Positions 53,970-64,000 of a stretch of 64,000 nt of DNA are shown in pieces; the first letter of the stretch is position 1, and each line of letters opens with the position of its first letter. Made by a program: the position numbers and the translations under genes. Source of the stretch: the human T2T-CHM13v2.0 reference genome, Homo sapiens; assembly GCF_009914755.1 (NCBI RefSeq), contig NC_060934.1. One strand, given 5' to 3'. The notes beneath the pieces are model-generated. The model had not been told where the DNA came from, did no database searches, and saw nothing but the letters and a program-made list of their open reading frames with translations.

Positions 53970-54304
53970 TATTTTGTTCATCTTTTAAAAGCAGGATAAA
54001 GTCTGTGGAAAAATAATAGGTAATTCCTTATCTGATGATTATCTGATATCAAGCATTTCTCTTTAGAAAAAAGGATACTTTCCCTACTTTGTTCAATTAC
54101 ATTTTCTCTATTCCCAGCACAGAAAGTGAATTGAGCTTTCTTGTTCAATAATGTCTTCCTTAAGCACAGCTAGTGTTATTTGCTGAATCAGTAAAACGAT
54201 TTTTGAATTGCTATTTTAACAATGTCAGTAAGTTAGCAAGAGAAGGAATTCTGATCTCTCTATATGAAACATTTACTTAAAATCTCATCAATTTAAAGTT
54301 AACT

Positions 54305-55000
<696 letters not shown>

Positions 55001-55025
55001 TTAAATTACAATTAAAGAAAAATTG

Positions 55026-55610
<585 letters not shown>

Positions 55611-56611
55611 TTACTTATCTACGTATCCCTGAAGAAGCCTGCTTTATTTTTTAAAATTATTTTAAAAGATTTAAAGAGTATGGGGTTAGGCAGGCTACAT
55701 TGTTTAAGTATCCTGAGATTATATTTTGCAGGCCTAATTATTTAAAAATATTTTCTGAAGGAAGGTAATAAACAAATAAGAGCTTTTGACTTTCAATCTA
55801 CATGAGTAGCTTTCGCAGGGAGGATTAAAACTGAATTCACATTTTAGTTTCTTGCCCTTCCATCGACCCTAATTTTTAGAGGTTTAGAAATTGGCTACAA
55901 AATTGGTTTTGGTGCTGAAACTTGGCACCAAGACCTAAAACCCAAGACCAAGTCGTCATTTTCAGTTTATTTTTAAGCCTTTTGGCAAGAAGTCACAACA
56001 TTCATTTCTTTGCCTGAGACTGTAATGCCAGGGGATGTCAGGACACAATGTCCCTTGAGCAATATAACAGGAACACCTGCACACATGTGCAGTGAGATGA
56101 TGATCTTCTACGAGTCCAAAAATGTTTAATTAGGAATTCAGAAATAAATGAGAATGTAAATGTTTATGTAGGAGGTATTATTCTGCTTCAGTTTTGTGAG
56201 ATTCTCCATGGATGTATGAACTTCCTAGCCAAGGATTCGAAATGTCAACACCTTTGTTTGCAATCTTACTATATTTCTGTATGAACATTTCAAAATGAAG
56301 GGGAAAGATTGTAATATTAATTATTTGTGGATTCAGGTGGAGAATGTAAGGAAGTTATTTCTTCTGATTCATTTCTTTTTGTTCTTTTCTATTTTTTAAA
56401 TTTGCATATTTTGCTATTTTTCCCATTGACACTAACACTACTATTTCAAGGAAGTCTAACTTTCAGTTTAATTTGGCTCGTCTCAAATTCAATCATTTTG
56501 TGGTTTTTGCTCCTTTTCTCATATTTATTGACAGTTTATATTTCTGAACATTAACCTTTTATGTTCCATCTCAGTATACATCTCAGAAGCTCTGGATAAA
56601 CTTCCAGATTA

Positions 56612-57246
<635 letters not shown>

Positions 57247-57252
57247 TTAATA

Positions 57253-57960
57253 CCATATAGTCTCACTCAAATGTGGGAGCTAAAAGGAAAAAAGTGAACA
57301 CATGAAGAGTAGAATAATGGTTTTCAGAGACTGGGAAGGGTAGCAGAGAGGAGGGGACAAAGTGAAAACGGTTATTGGGTTCAAAAATACAGTTACATAG
57401 AATCAATTAGATCGAGTATTAAGTAGCACAATAGGGTGACTACAGTTAACAATTCATTGTATATTTTATGTAATTAATTAACTTATTTATTCATTTATTT
57501 TGAGATGGAGTCTTGCTCTGTCGCTCAGGCTGGAGTGCAGTGGCACGATCTCACTGCAGCCTCCGCCTCCTGGGTTCAACCGATTCCCCTGCCTCAGCCT
57601 CCTGAGTAGCTGGGACCACAGGTGTGCACAACCACACCCGGCTAATTTTTGTATTTTTAGTAGAGACAGAGTTTCACTATGTTGGCCAGGCTGGTCTCAA
57701 ACTCCTTATGTCAAGTGATCCACCTGCCTCGGTCTCCCAAAGTGCTGAGATTACAGGCGTGAGCAACTACACCCGGCCCATTGCATATTTTAAAACAATG
57801 AAAAGAATAGATTGGAATGTTCCTAACACAAAGAAATGATAAATGCATAAAGGAATGGATATTCCAATTACCCTGATTACTGCGTTACATATTATATGCC
57901 TGTATCAAAACATCGCATGTACCCCGTAAATATATACAACTATTATGTACCCATCATATA
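57253..57960 (+). mobile_element. L1MA-like 3' end
   Basis: GCACAATAGGGTGACTACAGTTAAC, TAACACAAAGAAATGATAAATGC, CATGTACCCCGTAAATATATAC. Confidence 0.88.
57469..57779 (-). mobile_element. AluS inside L1MA
   Basis: TSD ATTG(T/C)ATATTTTA. Confidence 0.92.
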
Positions 57961-58115
57961 TATATTTTAATATATATATATTTTAATTTAAAGCGCCTTG
58001 GAAAGACTAGCCTCGTACCTTGTCTATATGATTCCCTTACAAACTTCCTGTCCTTGTGGTAAGTAAAGGATGTCACTTTCTGGCATGCCCAGGAACGTTA
58101 AGATATTTGGGGATT

Positions 58116-58421
58116 GGCCAGGCGCAGTGGCTCATGCCTGTAATCCCAGCACTTTGGGAGGCCGAGGCGGGTGGATCACCTGAGGCCAGGAGTTCGAGAC
58201 CAACCTGGTCAAAATGGTGAAACCCCATCTCTACCAAAAATGTAAAAATTAGCTGGGCATGGTGGTGGGCGCCTGTAATCCCAGCTACTCAGGCTGAGGC
58301 TGGAAAATTGCTTGAACCCAGGAGATGGAGGTTGCAGTGAGCCAACATGGTGTCACTGCACTCTAGCCTCAGTGACAGAGTAAGAGTCTGTCTCAAAAAA
58401 AAAAAAAAAAAGGAAAAAGAA
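58116..58421 (+). mobile_element. AluSx/Sz-like
   Basis: Dimeric Alu; degenerate TSD AAGATATTT..GAT. Confidence 0.92.
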
Positions 58422-58941
58422 GAAGATATTTTGAGATCTAGAGTAAATTCACCCAATTTGTACAGACATTGCAGGCACAATCTGATGGCAGGTCTTTGGC
58501 TGAGCTTCTTGGCCTAGAAGTTTTTAAAGGTCTAATCTGAACTTCTTTATCAAAGTTCCAGCAAAGGTAATTTGAAAGGAGCCTATATTGCCAATCACTA
58601 TTCTTGCTGCACTTTATGCAAATAATCAGGCCAAGTATAATAAGACTAAAGCTTATTTCGCAAATAAATTGGTCTTACTCTGAATTTTCTTTTGTAGAAA
58701 AGGGGGCTGGGAGAGAGAAAAAAATTGTTGAGAAGACAACTGTAGCACACCTGTTACCAGGTTCTAGTCCAGACCATTGTTTTTGAGGTTTTATACTTTT
58801 CCTACAATTTGAACTGAATCCTGAGTTACTTCTTGGCAACAAAAAAGTCTCCAATGAAAAAAAGGGGTTTTAATCTTCATGATGTTCTCTAATGGAATAA
58901 GTCTTTTTTTTTTCATTCTGTAATCCTTGTGCACTATTCAA

Positions 58942-59239
<298 letters not shown>

Positions 59240-59503
59240 TCTACTATTCAAGTTATTAACGTTGTGTACCTCTCAATGTTTTACATCTTCTGATAAAATC
59301 AAAATCATGGTATTCAGAAGACTAGAGATGATTCAACCAAGCCTGTGAATCTCCCTCATTTAGAATCCCGCTGGGACCAGATCTGTTCTCCTTTGCCAGT
59401 GCACTGCTGCTGAAGCTATCCAGTATCAAGCACCCTCCCTCTAGACCCAGGGACTATCATAGAAGAGATGCGTGTGTGAGATTGTGTGGCCCAGTTTCAA
59501 GGG

Positions 59504-59878
59504 GTGAGAGTAGAAAAGCAGCCTGTTGCATGGCAAGACCAATGCCATTTGAAGTGAAACCACCATGATGAACAATGTTACACCCTTGCATGGTGCAACT
59601 TCACATGTGGCAAGGTCTTGAAACAATTCCTATAGCATATTCTGCCTCTCATAAAGATGCTTATCTAACCTCCCCAGGGGTCACAAGCCTTACAAGAACA
59701 TCTGAGGCATGACCAGATGCACATGTTGGTACTCTTAAGAGCTTGCTATCTAAAGGGTACTTTCTAGAGGGTGGGTACAGGGATCCACCATCTCTCAGCC
59801 ACCAGGGATATCACTTCTTTTCACAACTTCCTATTAAATACTTATTTTTTGATAAAAAAGTGCTTTTCTCTTTGGCAA
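59504..59878 (+). mobile_element. Solo LTR (LTR47-like; family uncertain)
   Basis: TGTTGCATGGCAAG...GCCATTTGAAGTGAAACCACCATGATG, AAAGATGCTTATCTAACCTCCCCAG, ATTAAA signal. Confidence 0.5.
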
Positions 59879-60379
59879 TAGATATTTATTAAGGATCTTC
59901 TACCAGTTCTAAATTGGGTAGGAAACAAAATATTAATCCAGAAATAGGTTTTCTTCCCTAAGATTTTACCCAGAACAATAAGCCCAAGTAAAGACAAAAG
60001 CTAGAGAGAAAATAGAAAAGCAATGAGTTTGATGGTCCTTCTCACTCAATAGATATTTAGTTAACACTTCTGAGTAGCCAGTCCTGCATGAAGTGCTTTG
60101 CATGGAAATACAAAAAGAAAGAAAATATAACTTCTATATTTGAAGAAGCAATAAACATGTTGTGCAAATTGAATAAACAAGTCTCTTCATACCTGGGTTG
60201 AGATACACACTTGGAAGTAATCAGCAAGCAGGTGGAATTTGCAGGGTTTCTGGTAAGAATTTGCAGAATGGTGAAAAGTGAAACCTGGGAATAAACACGA
60301 GCCACTAATGGAGCAGAGAGAGGTGAAGAGGAAGCAAGGAGAAGGACCTTAAAGAGTGCTGTTAAGTATGTATAACATT

Positions 60380-60635
60380 GATGATGACTGAACTGATTAA
60401 GCAGTTACTATCTGCCTGATAGGAAGTATATAGGCATCATTTTGTTTAATATTGAAACAATCTCATGAGGCAGGCACTATTATTATTATTCCATCCATTT
60501 TACAGACAACAGAACTGAGGCTTATGCAGCTTAAGTCATTTTTTCAAGGGTTTTCAAGTCACAAGGGCTGTTGTTAGTATGTGGTTGAATGAGGACTTTA
60601 GGGATGCCTACCCTAATTTCAGAATCCAAACTCAG
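60380..60635 (-). mobile_element. MIR
   Basis: ACAATCTCATGAGGCAGGCACTATTATT...CCATTTTACAGAC...ACTGAGGCT. Confidence 0.78.
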
Positions 60636-62050
60636 AGGGTAGCCAAAAGTGCTGGGTGCTATAATGACATCTCATTGGGATGGGCTGAAAAGTGGCCATA
60701 GGGCTAGGCTATAAGAGTTGGCACAGTTTCTGCAGCAAGAAGGAGAAGAACACAAATGACAGTAGTGTGAAGATACAGGACATGAGATAAAGAGAGGATT
60801 CCATTATCATAACAGGCCTAATGAGCCACAGTAAAGCCCTAATTCACGAAACACCACACAGTGAAGAGAATGTCACTACCTGTTATTTAAATATCCTCTA
60901 AGAATGCTGAAAAATGATAAATGAAGAATGAAACTTATGAGGCTCAGTGGGACAAATTCTCTAAGCCATACTTTCTTCACTGAAATTGATTAATTTTCCT
61001 TAAGAAATGACATCATTCTCATGAGGTAATCTATGATTCGTTGGTCTAAGATAATCCAGTGGGCGACAAGGGTCATCTCTCAGTGGAAATCCTATGTTTC
61101 CATCTATACATTGCTCCATTTGATCAGTTCACTCTTTCTAAGTTCACCCTTTCCTGCATCTCCTGTCTTCTACTAGATTTTTATGCCAACTGGTATGACC
61201 ATGTTTGAGGATTCCCTAATAATTAGACCAAGTGTGTCAACTCATGTACTTTTTTATCTCAAAAAGAATATATAAAGAATTTATCTTCTAATGAATATGT
61301 AGAAGAACTGTGAAAAATAAAACATACAAAATATACTATTACCATTTTATAGCATTTGTTTTGATACTTGAGTCACATCTAAGGCTAAACATAAAATCTC
61401 TGCTAAATACAGCAGAAGGCATAAGAAAATCTAGTTGAAAAGGAAACATAGTAAAAATACTAGTTAGATCCATAGAAGGTGGGTGTATTTTCCTAATATA
61501 CTGACATGATCTCTCATATCTGACTAAATTTGTTGTATATGCATGTGAAATTTCTCACTACCTCTTAATACCTTCTAAATAAGAAAATTAGCTGTGTTTG
61601 GCTTTTTCCTCCTATCTACCAACTCCCTAATCAAAAATAGTGATAAAGCTTTTCAGTTTAAAACAGATTTTTAATTTAAAATCCACCTGAAATTTATCAG
61701 AAGATTATTGAGTGCTTTAAAATCTTAGTAAACATTGAAATCTGAATTAAGAAAGGTTAATTGATAAAAAAATTTATGACTCAGATTCGTGTTTATGAAT
61801 CCACCTAAATTTCCTAAGAATACCTTTAGTGTTTAGCGTGCAGGTCCTGGTCTTGTCTTTGTCTTTGTGGGTTTTCTGTTTGCTTGTTTTCATTTTTGTT
61901 TCTAAGCTTTAAGTTTTAGTAATTTTTTTATGTTCTGAAAATCCTGTGAGAGAAAAACTATTGAAAAAGATTACAAATGTACAAAATTCTCCCTTGATAT
62001 TTGATTGAGAGTACTTTCTGCATACATACAAGATATATAGTCTTCTTTTA

Positions 62051-62378
<328 letters not shown>

Positions 62379-62984
62379 TAAAATAGCACATAGAAGGACT
62401 TCATATATGCTGGGATAAAGACACATGCTTCCATCAAGTTCAGCATCTGGAAAAGGTAAGGGAGGAGGTCATCACAATAGTTTCTGTTTTCGATACATGA
62501 TATCAGTGACATCTGTCTGACATGTTATCTGTATATATTTTTTAAAGAACTATATGCCTTATGGAATGTAATATTTAATACTGAATTTGAATGAACTTTG
62601 TCAAATAACATTCATTTGAATTTTCTACAAACATATCTGAAAGAAATCTCAAAGAAAATTAATCTCATTTTTTCAAATATTAAGTATGTGAAAGTTATAA
62701 TGAAAGATCAAAAGAAATAAATGAACCTGTTTTTATTTTTATTTTTTGTTTTAAAGCTAAATGTGCTTTATTGAATTGTAATGAAGAGTAGCATCTGTTT
62801 TGTAAAGGGTGTAATGAGGGCAGTCCTTTACTTGGATGGAATGAGGCACGATAACTTCTAGGTGAATAGATTTCTGTGCATTTGTTGGGATGTGAGCCAT
62901 TGATGACAAATTTGGTGACAGTTCACAGCTTTTTAAGTTGCTTACTATAAGATCTTCCATACACTTTACATGTGAAAAACTGTT

Positions 62985-64000
62985 GTTTCAGTTTTGGTCA
63001 TTAGAAACACTTTCAGTTGGCTCCAGTGTGCCTTTGTCATATGTTCATTATTGCAGGTTTTTTTTTTTAATTTGATTTGCCAGCTTTCTTCACTTTCTGG
63101 CACTACTACATGCTCCAGGCTCACCTTGTCTATTTTCTGTACCAGTCCTAGAATCAGCCATTGTTTCAGTCAGTTGGGGCTTCTATAACAATTATGTCAT
63201 CGACTAGGTGGCCTAAACAAATATTCATTTCTCACAATTTTGGAGGCTGGGAAGTCCAAAATCAAGGTGCCAGCAGATCTGGTGTATGGTGAGGTTTGTA
63301 TTACCACATGGTGGGAAACAGAGAGAGAGAAAGCCCTCTCACATCTCTTCTTATACGAGCACTGATCTTATAAATGAGTTCTCCACCTTCATGACATGGT
63401 TACCTCCCAAAGATTCCACCTTCTAATGCCATGACATTGGAGATTAGCCTTCAACATATCAATTTTGGGGGTAAACAAACATTCTGTTCATTGCAGCCAT
63501 TTATCCAAAGATCACTGAATCATTTTATTGGAGAACTGTGTTAGCAACCAAGATCTGGGTACTAGGCATACTCATTTCTACCTGGATGTTGTTGCTTCTA
63601 GCCCTTCTCAGCTGACAAAGAAAATAACTACATATGTGAATACAAAGTCATTTGTATGTACGTAATTACATATATATTTTATACTCTACATCTGTATTAA
63701 GCTAAACATGATTTCATGCTGATATTTCCAATTCTGATCTATTACATATGGATCATTCTAGCCTTCTCCTCTTATGTTTCTGTAGTCTCTTACTCCAACA
63801 GTGAAAAACCTGGCTTCAGTCATCATCCAATCAATGATTTAATTGTTTGATTCTAGTGTACATGCATAGCAGTATCAGAATTGTTAGCCTGTACTCCTGT
63901 AAGAAACACCTTTATCAACTAGAATACAGTGTTACCTACTGTTCCTTTTCCCTTGAGTTTTACAAACCTCACTCATTTCTTAAATTACTTTAGTGAGCAA
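62985..64000 (-). mobile_element. L1MC4-like 3' UTR, interrupted by MLT1A
   Basis: CCAAGATCTGGGTACTAGG, CTCCAACAGTGAAAAACCTGGCT, GCAGTATCAGAATTGTTA. Confidence 0.8.
63162..63495 (-). mobile_element. MLT1A-like ERVL-MaLR solo LTR
   Basis: TG...CA ends; GGAGGCTGGGAAGTCCAAAATCAAGGTGCCAGCAGAT; 5-bp TSD GCCAT at 63157-63161 and 63496-63500. Confidence 0.88.

Overview
Primate (almost certainly human) non-coding genomic DNA, intronic or intergenic. I found no protein-coding exon, RNA gene or CRISPR array that I can support; the provided ORFs are explained by Alu, LTR12, L1 or microsatellite sequence, or are short chance ORFs. The background is AT-rich but carries about 60 Alu copies or fragments (AluJ/S/Y and one FRAM-like monomer), many with readable target-site duplications (TSDs). 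It also holds two ERV9/LTR12 LTRs (one cut by the left edge, one complete solo LTR with a 4-bp TSD), a Tigger3b DNA transposon, several old L1M segments, L2 and MIR relics, an MLT1A LTR with a 5-bp TSD and MER4-group ERV1 remnants. Repeat subfamily names come from recalled consensus sequences and need RepeatMasker/Dfam confirmation. I see no evidence of a new multi-gene system. The most interesting signals are: two apparent locally templated micro-insertions, a template-switch quasi-palindrome, a consensus-perfect 5'-truncated AluY, an intact LTR12 promoter facing several candidate non-coding exons, and repeat-poor motif-rich islands. The host locus could not be identified from the sequence alone.
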